Shown here piece by piece: positions 1-8,652 of a stretch of DNA of 32,000 nucleotides. The translations under genes were made by a program, and so were the position numbers. The stretch spans positions 231,256 through 263,255 of the forward strand of contig CAZXEQ010000001.1 in assembly GCA_964640155.1 (NCBI GenBank), written 5' to 3'. This DNA comes from an uncultured bacterium. Lineage in GTDB: Bacteria > Auribacterota > JACPWU01. Under the pieces are notes generated by a model. That model was given only the letters and a program-made list of their open reading frames with translations. It made no database searches and was not told the DNA's origin. The number at the start of each line of letters is the position of its first letter. Position 1 is the first letter of the stretch.

Positions 1-3000
1 CCTGGACCATCGTCCTATTCGACGTCCTTCTAAATTAAATAATCCCCTTCTTAGAAAATGATGATAGCGACTATTCGAAAGCCAGACTTGATAAGTCTCT
101 GCTGACAATTGATATCGCGCAGTGTGATCACTAGGAAAATTTTCTGTAGGACTTGTCTCTATTACCAAAACTTGATTTGGATTCGTATTAGGAAGAATAT
201 GATACAATGCGTATCCTTGAGCCACACATATCACTGGAGCACCCCTCAAACGCTCTACTACAAAAAGGTCGTTTACAATTTTGTCTCCATTGTTATCAAG
301 TTCAAAACTTCCATCTACTTCCCTTGAGTAACACACATCCGGGAATTGAGGTGTTTGAGCATCTCTAACAGCATCTCTATTAATGACTGATGCAGCAGGA
401 GCAACAGCAGGCGAAACTGCTGGAACATCTCCCCCGCGTGCCTCCTCTTCAGTAAAACTCATGCTGCCGTCGGTGGAGCCAGATGAAAGTGCTGGTTGAG
501 CAACAACAGATTGGGGTGGCACCACCACACTAGGTTGTATGGGAGCAGGTGCAACACTTGCATCAGTGACTTGTGCTACAGCACCTGAATCCGATGTTAC
601 TACAGCAGGAATTGATGCGCTTGCATCCGCCACTGTCAATGTGGTCCCCGCGTCAGGCGTAGCCACTATTGCCGCAACACCTGCGTCTAAAGCAGGTGGA
701 ACTAGTGAACTCGATGCACCAGTGCTAGGAAGACGCCGAATACTTCCTCTAGATATATCGATTAAATTAAAACTACTCTGAATGCGACTATCGGCATCTC
801 CACGAACAGCGAAAATACGTATGAAATTCACATTGTTCTGCTCTACTACAAAACGAATAGAAGTTTGCCCTTGCACTGGAAACTCTGTTGTCAGAATATT
901 CCATGAGCGACTCCCTGTCGTCGCATATTCAACCACATAGCGAAGGCCTGGAACAACATCCCACTCTAATGTACGTGTCGCAGCATCATAACCCAAATTT
1001 TCAGGTCGAGGAGGAGCTTGTATCGTTATATCTAATTCAAAAGCAGGCCCTCTCACTCTACTTTCAACCGGCCCATTTCCATTATAAGGCAATACTTGAA
1101 CCCTATGTGCTCCGACTCTCAAGGAGCTTATAGTATAAGTTGTATGAGGTGCAGATACCTCACCTACAAGTACCCACTGTTCATTTTGTGATGTGACAGG
1201 ATTACGAGTAAGATCAAAGCGTCTGATCTCATATCCAGTCACACCGTCCACCGCAGGCCAAGACAAAGTGTAGGTTGAATCATTAAACGTAGGAGACGAA
1301 GCTAATGCCGCAGGAGCTTCGGGAACATTGAATTCTGCCGGCAAAGCATATGAATTTGTCCAATTTCCAATTGGAGTGATTTCGCCTTCCGTTAAAACTC
1401 TCTGACCAAAACGATATTGTAAGTATCGATGTCCACGACTCCGTATCAACCATTGACCTTCTCCCCCTCGCGTAAAAACATATTGTTGGGGACGATCATT
1501 GGGGGGAAAATCGATAGGGTTACTATGCGGGCTTGTTTGAACAAGGAGAACAAGCTCTGCACCTTCGGCGGTGCGCTGACGATTCCATTCAGCTTCAGGA
1601 AGAGAAGGCCTTAAAAGATAGCCTTGCGTAATAGGCATCTGGTCTTGATTCAAAGGACGAACTGCATGTCTGTGCGCTGGTTGTGCCATCGCTCCTGTCG
1701 CAGCTAATCCCAAAACCATTGCTGTTGCAAAAGCAAAAGCCCTTGCCTGGAAGCTTGCTCCTCTCATGATGTCTGATTTATATTCACTGATGGTTCTAAA
1801 GAAGCGTGAAATGAGCGGCGGATTTTCTGAAAAAGCCTGTTCTTTTAATTTCAAAAATTCTGTTTCTTCCAATAAACTCTGATCGAAAGAATTTAAATTC
1901 CCTTGAGTCGCTGACCTTTCATCAATCACAAAACCATAAATATTTCCTAAAATTGTCATCTGGACAAAGAGTTGAGAACCAATTTTTTCAACATTTAAAT
2001 CTTCATAAACCAGACCACGTTCACTCGCTATATTTTCAAACCAATTTTCTATTCTTTGAACTTTTGAAATTTTCCCAAACCATATTTTTAAAGCGGTTAA
2101 AATCTTCAGAAAAAATAAATCTACTTTCTCTCTCGAATTTAAATCCCTCGCTTTTTCTACGCAAAGTCTCTGAGCTCCTGAGCTAAGTCCCCGAGTTTGA
2201 GCAGCATCTTCCACGAGGTCAACTGCCTGATAACGGCCCATCACTGAAAGCATTCCAGGTGAGGTTTTGAAAAGATTGATTGGATTTGAAAGAGCATTCA
2301 ATTCATTTTCCATCACATGTTCTAAAGGACTTTTCTCGCCCTTCATCATGGCCAAATAAGGGGTTTCCATATTGATATGTTCAACTCTAGGCTGAACAAT
2401 CACATACGAAATACCTTTTGCTTTAAGTTGTCTTGCAATACCTTGGGTGTGAAAACCTCCCGTTATTAAAACAGTGACTTGTGAACCATGTTTTAAAGCA
2501 TTTTCTATTAAAGCCCCATCTCTTTTTAATGCGATTGTATAAAATTTTTGCACATTGTCTTGAGAAGGAACAAGAAATGGCTGATCTAAAAAATCCGGCA
2601 TTTTTAAACCATTTTTCATAAAAATATTTTTTAGAGATGCGCCTAGGAACAAAAAAGAAAATTTATTTTTGGAATGTTTTAAAGAAAGAAATTCCTTTCG
2701 ATTTAATTCTAAATGATAAAAAGATTTCAAAAATTTTAGAATCTCTCTATCTCTTAAAATTTCTTGTTCATCCTCTGTATGAGCAAGCGCTTGACTTAAG
2801 TCTTTAGAGACCTCTTCAAATTCCCCAGTCAAGGCATCCTGATTTATTTTCTGCAAGATAACGCATTGTTTTAGATAAGTCTGAAAATTGGGAAAAGAAT
2901 TTAAGCCTATTTTCTTTTCTCTCATCGTGTTAGATAAATCTAAAAAATAATCAGCAGTTGAGAGCTTACCTAATTTGAAGGAAAGAGCTTTGGTAATGAA

Positions 3001-3837
3001 TTGCTTTTTCTCTTCAGAGGAAGAAATTTGAAGAAGCTCATTTTGAGCTTTTGTGATTTCATTTTGTAAAAGTTTTTCATCTATTTTTTCCTGCCCAGAA
3101 AAAGCTTTTAAAAGATATTGAATATTTTTAAAATTTCGAAGAGAAACAGAAGTTTTTTTAGAAAAATGCTCGAGCTGATCTAAATAGGACTGAAGAGAAA
3201 TAGACCCGAGATCATAATTTTTTTGTACTTTTAAGAAAGCTCTTAAAGATGAGTTTAAAATCTTTGTTTCAAGAAGGAAAAGTGCTTCTTCAAATTTCTT
3301 CAAAACTAAATCTATTTGTTCTCTATCTTTTAAAACTTCCTGAAACCAACTTAAATCTTCAAAATAAAGCTCAATATCATCAGCGCCTATAACTTCTGTT
3401 GAACCCCCATCCGTCAAAGCAAAATATTCAGCTCCTGAAATTCTTCCTGTTCTTAAATAGAAAAGGGCCAAATCTTTTTTTATTTCATGATCTGGAAAAT
3501 CTTTAAAGAAAGAAAAATCAAGAGGACCACTAGCACCTTCCATGTAAACGCTTTTAAGTTGTTCTTTAAAATCTCGGGCAAAATCACCTAAAAGATGGGC
3601 AATACTAAGTTGAACCTCAAAATGACAATGTATATCTTGAAGAAGAATGACATTGAAGGTAGATTTACCCTCAAATTTGGAAACAATTTGTCCGTATTTA
3701 GATGAAACTTGAAGTTTTGAGAAAAAAGAGTTTTCCTTGAGATTTTCTCGAGAAGTTTCCGCTCCTCCCATCTGAAAGGAGCTTAGAATTAGGCAAAGAG
3801 CTAAGAAACAAGACAGGGTTCGATTTTTTATTTTCAT
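1..3837 (-). CDS. Very large signal-peptide-bearing protein whose C-terminus lies beyond the left window edge (1279 codons visible). An AT-rich N-terminal module (aa 1-690) continues in frame into a GC-rich module with FN3-like repeats (aa 691 onward).
   Basis: Absent from the supplied ORF track because no stop lies in the window. I checked every minus-frame triplet from 3837 down to 1 by hand and found no TAA/TAG/TGA. TAA at 3841-3843 closes the frame upstream, and the first ATG is at 3835-3837. The N-terminus MKIKNRTLSCFLALCLILSSFQMGG is signal-peptide-like. The + strand track ORFs at 109-2186 are antisense to it. Confidence 0.8.
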   Translation of the reverse strand, partial: MKIKNRTLSCFLALCLILSSFQMGGAETSRENLKENSFFSKLQVSSKYGQIVSKFEGKSTFNVILLQDIHCHFEVQLSIAHLLGDFARDFKEQLKSVYMEGASGPLDFSFFKDFPDHEIKKDLALFYLRTGRISGAEYFALTDGGSTEVIGADDIELYFEDLSWFQEVLKDREQIDLVLKKFEEALFLLETKILNSSLRAFLKVQKNYDLGSISLQSYLDQLEHFSKKTSVSLRNFKNIQYLLKAFSGQEKIDEKLLQNEITKAQNELLQISSSEEKKQFITKALSFKLGKLSTADYFLDLSNTMREKKIGLNSFPNFQTYLKQCVILQKINQDALTGEFEEVSKDLSQALAHTEDEQEILRDREILKFLKSFYHLELNRKEFLSLKHSKNKFSFLFLGASLKNIFMKNGLKMPDFLDQPFLVPSQDNVQKFYTIALKRDGALIENALKHGSQVTVLITGGFHTQGIARQLKAKGISYVIVQPRVEHINMETPYLAMMKGEKSPLEHVMENELNALSNPINLFKTSPGMLSVMGRYQAVDLVEDAAQTRGLSSGAQRLCVEKARDLNSREKVDLFFLKILTALKIWFGKISKVQRIENWFENIASERGLVYEDLNVEKIGSQLFVQMTILGNIYGFVIDERSATQGNLNSFDQSLLEETEFLKLKEQAFSENPPLISRFFRTISEYKSDIMRGASFQARAFAFATAMVLGLAATGAMAQPAHRHAVRPLNQDQMPITQGYLLRPSLPEAEWNRQRTAEGAELVLLVQTSPHSNPIDFPPNDRPQQYVFTRGGEGQWLIRSRGHRYLQYRFGQRVLTEGEITPIGNWTNSYALPAEFNVPEAPAALASSPTFNDSTYTLSWPAVDGVTGYEIRRFDLTRNPVTSQNEQWVLVGEVSAPHTTYTISSLRVGAHRVQVLPYNGNGPVESRVRGPAFELDITIQAPPRPENLGYDAATRTLEWDVVPGLRYVVEYATTGSRSWNILTTEFPVQGQTSIRFVVEQNNVNFIRIFAVRGDADSRIQSSFNLIDISRGSIRRLPSTGASSSLVPPALDAGVAAIVATPDAGTTLTVADASASIPAVVTSDSGAVAQVTDASVAPAPIQPSVVVPPQSVVAQPALSSGSTDGSMSFTEEEARGGDVPAVSPAVAPAASVINRDAVRDAQTPQFPDVCYSREVDGSFELDNNGDKIVNDLFVVERLRGAPVICVAQGYALYHILPNTNPNQVLVIETSPTENFPSDHTARYQLSAETYQVWLSNSRYHHFLRRGLFNLEGRRIGRWSR
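1684..1767 (-). other. Internal Sec-type signal-peptide-like segment with its own ATG; possible independent start of the GC-rich module
   Basis: MRGASFQARAFAFATAMVLGLAATGAMA/QP has a basic n-region, a hydrophobic core and an A-x-A type cleavage motif. It begins exactly where GC content rises. Confidence 0.5.
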
Positions 3838-3952
3838 AATTTATTGATTTAGAATGGATTACGAATATAAATACATATTCTCTTCTTTCTTCACCACAAC
3901 ATACCACATAAAAACCAAAAATCAAGGTCTCCCCCTTCGATTTCTTGCTTTT

Positions 3953-3980
3953 ATTATACAATAAAAGAGGTTTTAAGCAA
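3953..3980 (-). promoter_or_regulatory. Candidate sigma70-type promoter for the giant ORF
   Basis: On the minus strand: TTGCTT (3975-3980), 16-nt spacer, TATAAT (3953-3958), about 115 nt upstream of the ATG at 3837. Pattern match only. Confidence 0.3.
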
Positions 3981-4072
3981 TAAGTGTACCAAGGAGATAA
4001 AATAAGGGAAAAACAGCCAAGAAATGAATCAAAAAGTGATTAATTTTTAGCTCGATGAGGTAAAAATGACAA

Positions 4073-4741
4073 TTATTCTAATTTTTCAGGATGATGCTTA
4101 ACCATTTTGCCTTGAACCATATAAATGACATCCTCGGCAATGTTAGTCGCATGATCGCAAATACGTTCTAAATGTCTGGCGATGAGAAGAAGCGGCACCG
4201 CTCGTGGTGCCGTGCTGATATCCTTACTTAGAAAATCATTCATGAGTTCATCCTGAACCAAATTTCTTAAGCGATCGGCTTCTGGATCAGAAAAAATGAC
4301 TTTTTTCGCCAATTCAACATCCCTTTTGACAAAAGCCTCTATGGCCTCAGTCACCATTCTCCCTGCAATGACTGCCAGCTTTGGAATATCGATCAAAGGT
4401 TTGAGCAAAGGAAGTCCTATCAGTTGCAATACCCTTTGAGCAATATCGACCGCTAAGTCTGCAATTCTCTCCAATTCTCCATCCAATTTCATGGCGGTCG
4501 TAATAAATCTTAAATCCAACGCAACAGGTTGATGCAAAGCCAAAAGATCCAGACAACGTGTTTCTATTTTCAACTCTTGTTCATCGATAAATTCGTCTCC
4601 TTCAATCACTTTTAAAGCCATAGGACGATCTATTTTTTCAAGAGCTTGAATCGACTGAACAATCGCTTTTTGAGCATATTCTGCCATAGCCACAATATCT
4701 TTTTCTAAATCCTTTAATTCATCATCAAAATGGCGTTGCAT
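4073..4741 (-). CDS. phoU: Phosphate signalling accessory protein PhoU
   Basis: About 222 aa, two-repeat helical PhoU-like sequence directly downstream of pstSCAB. I prefer the ATG at 4741 (MQRHFDDELKDLEK) with GGAG 9 nt upstream. The track start at 4774 is a GTG lying inside the heptamer repeat array. Confidence 0.9.
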   Translation of the reverse strand: MQRHFDDELKDLEKDIVAMAEYAQKAIVQSIQALEKIDRPMALKVIEGDEFIDEQELKIETRCLDLLALHQPVALDLRFITTAMKLDGELERIADLAVDIAQRVLQLIGLPLLKPLIDIPKLAVIAGRMVTEAIEAFVKRDVELAKKVIFSDPEADRLRNLVQDELMNDFLSKDISTAPRAVPLLLIARHLERICDHATNIAEDVIYMVQGKMVKHHPEKLE

Positions 4742-4752
4742 AATTTTAGTCT

Positions 4753-4940
4753 CCAGTCGCCAGTCACCGGTCACCAGTCATGGCGCATCCGTTGAGGCTA
4801 TTAAATCATTTTATTTGATCATTACTTACTATACTCACCAAAGTTCTTTTACAGATTTGGATTTTCAAAAGTTGTTTCTACGAAAATTTACTATTCTCAT
4901 TCATTATGACTGAAGACTGCCGACCGAAGACTGGTGACTA
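4753..4940. repeat. Two opposed arrays of four tandem 7-bp units (left 4753-4780, RCCRGTC-type; right 4908-4940, GACYGNN-type) bracketing a 127-bp AT-rich spacer between pstB and phoU
   Basis: Left arm: ccagtc gccagtc accggtc accagtc. Right arm: gactgaa gactgcc gaccgaa gactggt gac. The arms are mutually complementary, including G-U pairs in the minus-strand RNA. Confidence 0.7.
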
Positions 4941-4943
4941 TAC

Positions 4944-5702
4944 TTATCCAAATCTTCCCGTTATATAGTCTTCCGTCTGTTGGTTTTTTGGATTCGTAAA
5001 AATATCCTGAGTCTTTCCAAATTCCAGTAACTCACCCAACAAAAAGAAGCCTGTCGATTCCGAAACACGAGCAGCTTGTTGCATGTTGTGGGTTACAACT
5101 ACAATCGTGTAATCTTTTTTAAGTTCTAACATCAACTCTTCTATTTTCGCTGTAGAAATAGGGTCTAAAGCCGAACAAGGTTCATCAAACAAAACCACTT
5201 CGGGTCGAACGGCCAAAGTCCTGGCAATACACAGACGCTGTTGCTGGCCTCCAGAAAGAGATAAAGCAGAATCCTTCAAACGATTTTTAACTTCATCCCA
5301 TATGGCAGCTTTTTTTAAACTTTCTTCTACAATATCTTCCAATTCACTTTTGGAGTAAAACCCTCTGATTTTTAAACCAAATGTAATATTTTCGAAAATA
5401 CTTTTTGGAAAGGGATTAGGTTTTTGAAATACCATTCCAATTTTATTTCGAATATCAATCACATCTAGATCTTTTGAATACAAGTTCATACTTTCGTAAA
5501 AAACATTCCCATCGAGTCGAAAACCTTTCACCAAATCATTCATTCGATTCAAACAGCGAATGAAGGTGCTTTTCCCACAACCCGAAGGACCAATCAAGGC
5601 GGTCACCGACTTAGGAGCAATATCAATCGTAATGTTTTTTAAAGCCTGTTTAGGACCATAATAAGCATTCAACGAACTAATTTTAAAAGCCTTGTTTTCC
5701 AT
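4944..5702 (-). CDS. pstB: Phosphate ABC transporter ATP-binding protein PstB
   Basis: Walker [13 protein letters not shown] signature LSGGQQQRL, Walker B VVLFDEP. ATG at 5702 preferred over the adjacent GTG at 5705. GGTGAGGTGG SD-like run upstream. Confidence 0.95.
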   Translation of the reverse strand: MENKAFKISSLNAYYGPKQALKNITIDIAPKSVTALIGPSGCGKSTFIRCLNRMNDLVKGFRLDGNVFYESMNLYSKDLDVIDIRNKIGMVFQKPNPFPKSIFENITFGLKIRGFYSKSELEDIVEESLKKAAIWDEVKNRLKDSALSLSGGQQQRLCIARTLAVRPEVVLFDEPCSALDPISTAKIEELMLELKKDYTIVVVTHNMQQAARVSESTGFFLLGELLEFGKTQDIFTNPKNQQTEDYITGRFG

Positions 5703-5706
5703 CACT

Positions 5707-6621
5707 TTACCACCTCACCTTTTTTTGATAATGATGTCTTAACCAAATTGCCAAACCGTTTAATATGAATGTCAAAGTTAAAAGGACTAGAATTCCAGCA
5801 GCAGCATCTTGAAAAAAACCTTTTTGAGGCCTTGACACCCAATTAAAAATTTGAATAGGTAAAACTGTGAAAGGATCAAATAAACCTTTAAGCTGAATAA
5901 AAGGGAATTCTGAAGTAATAGGACTGGCTGGCAAAAAAGCAATGTAGGTTAAAGCCCCTATCATAATCAAAGGGGCCGTTTCACCGACAGCTCTAGACAT
6001 CGCTAAAATGGTTCCTGTCATTATTCCAGGAATTGCAGCGGGTAAAACTTGTCGACGCACCGTCTGCCATCTTGTCGCTCCCAAAGCATAAGCTGCCTCA
6101 CGAATTGAAAAAGGGACGGCCCTTAACGCCTCACGCGTTGATAAAATAATCATAGGTAAAATGAGAAGAGCCAAAGTAGCAGCTCCAGCTAACACCCCTC
6201 TTCCCCAATCAAAGGCACGAACAAAAAGGCCTAACCCCAAAAGCCCATAAATAATGGATGGAACACCTGCCAAATTATTAATATTGATTTCAATAAATTG
6301 AGTGAATTTATTTTTACGTGCATACTCCTCCAAATAAATCCCAGCCATCACACCTAAAGGAAAAGCAATCATTGCAGTAAAAATCATGACCCACAGAGTC
6401 CCTACCCAAGCAGATAGAATCCCAGCAGCTTCAGGTCGCCTAGAAGGAAAACTTGTAAAAAAAGACAAATTGATACGCCCAGCACCATCTTGTATGGTAC
6501 TCAACAATAAAACGCATAAAACACCTAGGCCAAAAAGAGTGGCCATAAAGCCTAACACCATAAATAAACGGTCAAACCAGCGTCTTAGATTTTTTTTGCG
6601 AACATTTGTTTTTTCAATCAT
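5707..6621 (-). CDS. pstA: Phosphate ABC transporter permease PstA
   Basis: Polytopic permease with EAA-type loop [14 protein letters not shown]. Its start overlaps the pstC stop by 8 nt (ATGATTGA). Confidence 0.93.
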   Translation of the reverse strand: MIEKTNVRKKNLRRWFDRLFMVLGFMATLFGLGVLCVLLLSTIQDGAGRINLSFFTSFPSRRPEAAGILSAWVGTLWVMIFTAMIAFPLGVMAGIYLEEYARKNKFTQFIEININNLAGVPSIIYGLLGLGLFVRAFDWGRGVLAGAATLALLILPMIILSTREALRAVPFSIREAAYALGATRWQTVRRQVLPAAIPGIMTGTILAMSRAVGETAPLIMIGALTYIAFLPASPITSEFPFIQLKGLFDPFTVLPIQIFNWVSRPQKGFFQDAAAGILVLLTLTFILNGLAIWLRHHYQKKVRW

Positions 6622-7504
6622 AAACTTGCCTGAATTTTTTCCTTAACCAGAAGCTGACAATATTTAATATAAATGTCACAACAAAAAGGCTCATACCAGC
6701 GGCAAAAATGGTTTTGTATTCAATTGTTCCAGCAGGCGTGTCCCCTAAACTTACTTGCACAATATAAGCCGTCACCGTTTCAATAGGAACCAAAGGATTG
6801 AGCGTTAAACGAGATTGCTGTCCAGCAGCAACAGCAACCACCATGGTTTCACCAATCGCACGCGAAATTCCTAGGACTAATGAAGCGGCAATCCCAGAAA
6901 AAGCTGCAGGAACTACTACACGGACCGCCACTTGTAATCGTGTTGCTCCTAAAGCATAAGCTCCCTCTCGAAGGCTCATCGGAACTGCATGCATGGCATC
7001 TTCACTTAAAGAAGTAATAATGGGAATAATCATAATCCCCATCACGATGCCTGGACCTAAAGCGTTAAAACCAGCCAAATCCGGAATAAATTTTTGTAAA
7101 AATGGAGTCACAAAAAGCAAAGCAAAATAACCATACACAACAGTTGGAACAGCTGCCAAAATTTCTAAAGAGGGTTTTACAAATGCTTTCGTTTTTGCTG
7201 ATGCATACTCACTTAAATAGATTGAGCTAATAAGACCTATAGGCAAAGCAACCATCATCGCAATGGCACTGGTTAAAAAAGTCCCTGCAAAAAGAGGAAG
7301 AATTCCAAAATGTTTTTCAGCAAATAAAGGAGTCCATTGTCGATCGGTAAGAAAATCAAAAATAGGAACTTGCTTAAAAAATTCCCATGTTTCAAAAAGT
7401 AAAACCCCAACAATTCCAGCCGTAATAAAAACGGAGAAGAGGGCGCTTGAAAAAAGCGCCCCCTCCACAGCTTTTTCTTTAAATCTTAAAACGAATCGAC
7501 GCAA
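6614..7504 (-). CDS. pstC: Phosphate ABC transporter permease PstC
   Basis: Polytopic permease with loop [14 protein letters not shown]. The only full-length start is TTG at 7504, 1 nt after the pstS stop. An in-frame GTG at 7468 is an alternative. Confidence 0.9.
   Translation of the reverse strand: MRRFVLRFKEKAVEGALFSSALFSVFITAGIVGVLLFETWEFFKQVPIFDFLTDRQWTPLFAEKHFGILPLFAGTFLTSAIAMMVALPIGLISSIYLSEYASAKTKAFVKPSLEILAAVPTVVYGYFALLFVTPFLQKFIPDLAGFNALGPGIVMGIMIIPIITSLSEDAMHAVPMSLREGAYALGATRLQVAVRVVVPAAFSGIAASLVLGISRAIGETMVVAVAAGQQSRLTLNPLVPIETVTAYIVQVSLGDTPAGTIEYKTIFAAGMSLFVVTFILNIVSFWLRKKFRQVYD
7441..7461 (-). promoter_or_regulatory. Perfect 8-bp GC-rich hairpin at the pstS/pstC junction, inside the first 21 codons of pstC; candidate attenuator or mRNA-stabilising stem
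   Basis: gggcgctt (7441-7448) / gaaaa loop / aagcgccc (7454-7461). In the mRNA sense it is followed by UCUUCUCCGUUUUU. Confidence 0.45.
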
Positions 7505-7505
7505 A

Positions 7506-8492
7506 TTATTGTTCTTTCTTCAAAAGATCTTCAATTTTTACGCCTGTTTGAACCCCTTGAAAAACGGAGCCTGTTTTGCGATCTTGAAATCTCTTCAGAG
7601 CCAGTGCATAAGCTTCATCGGGAAGAGCAATATATCCGACTTCTTTGGAAAGACGAGCTCCATGGGTCAGATAAAACTCAACAAATTCCTTCACCTCTGC
7701 CTTATCGGCTGAAGCTTTATTGACATAGATAAAAAGAGGTCTGGCCAAAGGTTGATAAACTCCACTTAAGACATTGTCATAAGTAGGTGTTTGAGGACCT
7801 TTACCATTTGCATCATTTTCATCATCCACAGGAACCAATTTTAAACGATCTGCGTTTTGTGTGTAATAAGCCACACCAAAAAAGCCCAAGGCATATTGAT
7901 CTGAAATAATCCCTTGAACCAAAATATTATCATCTTCACTGGCAGTAAAATCTCCACGGCTGGCTTTCTTTTGTTTCACAATAGCTTCTGTGAAATATTC
8001 ATAGGTTCCAGAATCAACACCTGCACCAAAGAGGTGAATTTCTTTATCAGGCCACTCTGGACGAATCTGATTCCAACGCATGATTTTTCCTTGAGCAGCA
8101 GGTTCCCAAAGTTTTTTGAGTTCATTGACCGTCATTTGATCAACCCATGTGTTCTTAGCATTGACCACAATTGCTAATCCATCATAAGCAATTGGAATTT
8201 CAATAAATTCAACCCCCTTCTCTTTTGCTACTTCAAGTTCTTTTGTTTCAATAGGTCGAGAAGCATCGCTGATATCTATTTCTCCCACGCAAAACCTCTT
8301 AAATCCTCCTCCTGTACCAGAAATACCTACCGTAACTTTTGTTTCATCTGTTGCTGTTTTTTGGAACTCTTCTGCAACCGCTTCTGTAATAGGATAAACA
8401 GTGGAAGAACCATCGACTTGAATCACTTTCTGAGCATAACTCATCTGTACCATCATGAGTGCTGCTGTTAAAAACAGAATCAACTTTTTCAT
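7506..8492 (-). CDS. pstS: Periplasmic phosphate-binding protein PstS
   Basis: Signal peptide [20 protein letters not shown]. PstS-type motifs GSSTVYP and [14 protein letters not shown] lies 7 nt upstream of the ATG. Confidence 0.93.
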   Translation of the reverse strand: MKKLILFLTAALMMVQMSYAQKVIQVDGSSTVYPITEAVAEEFQKTATDETKVTVGISGTGGGFKRFCVGEIDISDASRPIETKELEVAKEKGVEFIEIPIAYDGLAIVVNAKNTWVDQMTVNELKKLWEPAAQGKIMRWNQIRPEWPDKEIHLFGAGVDSGTYEYFTEAIVKQKKASRGDFTASEDDNILVQGIISDQYALGFFGVAYYTQNADRLKLVPVDDENDANGKGPQTPTYDNVLSGVYQPLARPLFIYVNKASADKAEVKEFVEFYLTHGARLSKEVGYIALPDEAYALALKRFQDRKTGSVFQGVQTGVKIEDLLKKEQ

Positions 8493-8533
8493 CTTTTATC
8501 TCCTTATTTTTAATATTTCTTTCTTCCTGGGAT

Positions 8534-8595
8534 CTTAGGCCCCCTCTCCCGATATACATCAGGAGAGGGATGAGGGGTTCTGGCAGTAGCCTAAG
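8534..8595 (-). promoter_or_regulatory. GC-rich nested hairpin in the leader of pstS
   Basis: Outer stem cttaggc (8534-8540) / gcctaag (8589-8595). Inner stem ccctctcc (8542-8549) / ggagaggg (8562-8569) with a 12-nt loop. No adjacent U-run. Confidence 0.5.
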
Positions 8596-8652
8596 CTCTT
8601 CTTATTCAAAAACCTCAATCCTCTTTCTTTATCGAGGCTTGTAACTACATCG

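Noticed and set aside
109-2186. Five + strand track ORFs (109-327, 539-781, 888-1133, 1429-1614, 1953-2186)
   Set aside because: All lie antisense to the continuous minus-strand frame 1-3837. They are short, lack SD sequences and have low-complexity or odd composition. Treated as shadow ORFs.
3698-3961. 87-aa minus-strand ORF overlapping the start of the giant ORF
   Set aside because: Different frame from the long ORF. It spans that ORF's putative promoter and leader and has no SD. The long frame explains the region better.
4742-4774. N-terminal extension of phoU (MTGDWRLETKI) from a GTG start
   Set aside because: Encoded entirely by the heptamer repeat arm. The ATG at 4741 has a GGAG at proper spacing and gives a typical PhoU N-terminus.
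8493-8650. E. coli-type Pho boxes (CTGTCAT direct repeats with 11-bp phasing) upstream of pstS and elsewhere in the block
   Set aside because: No convincing match found by eye. The organism may use a divergent box, or the promoter may lie further upstream.
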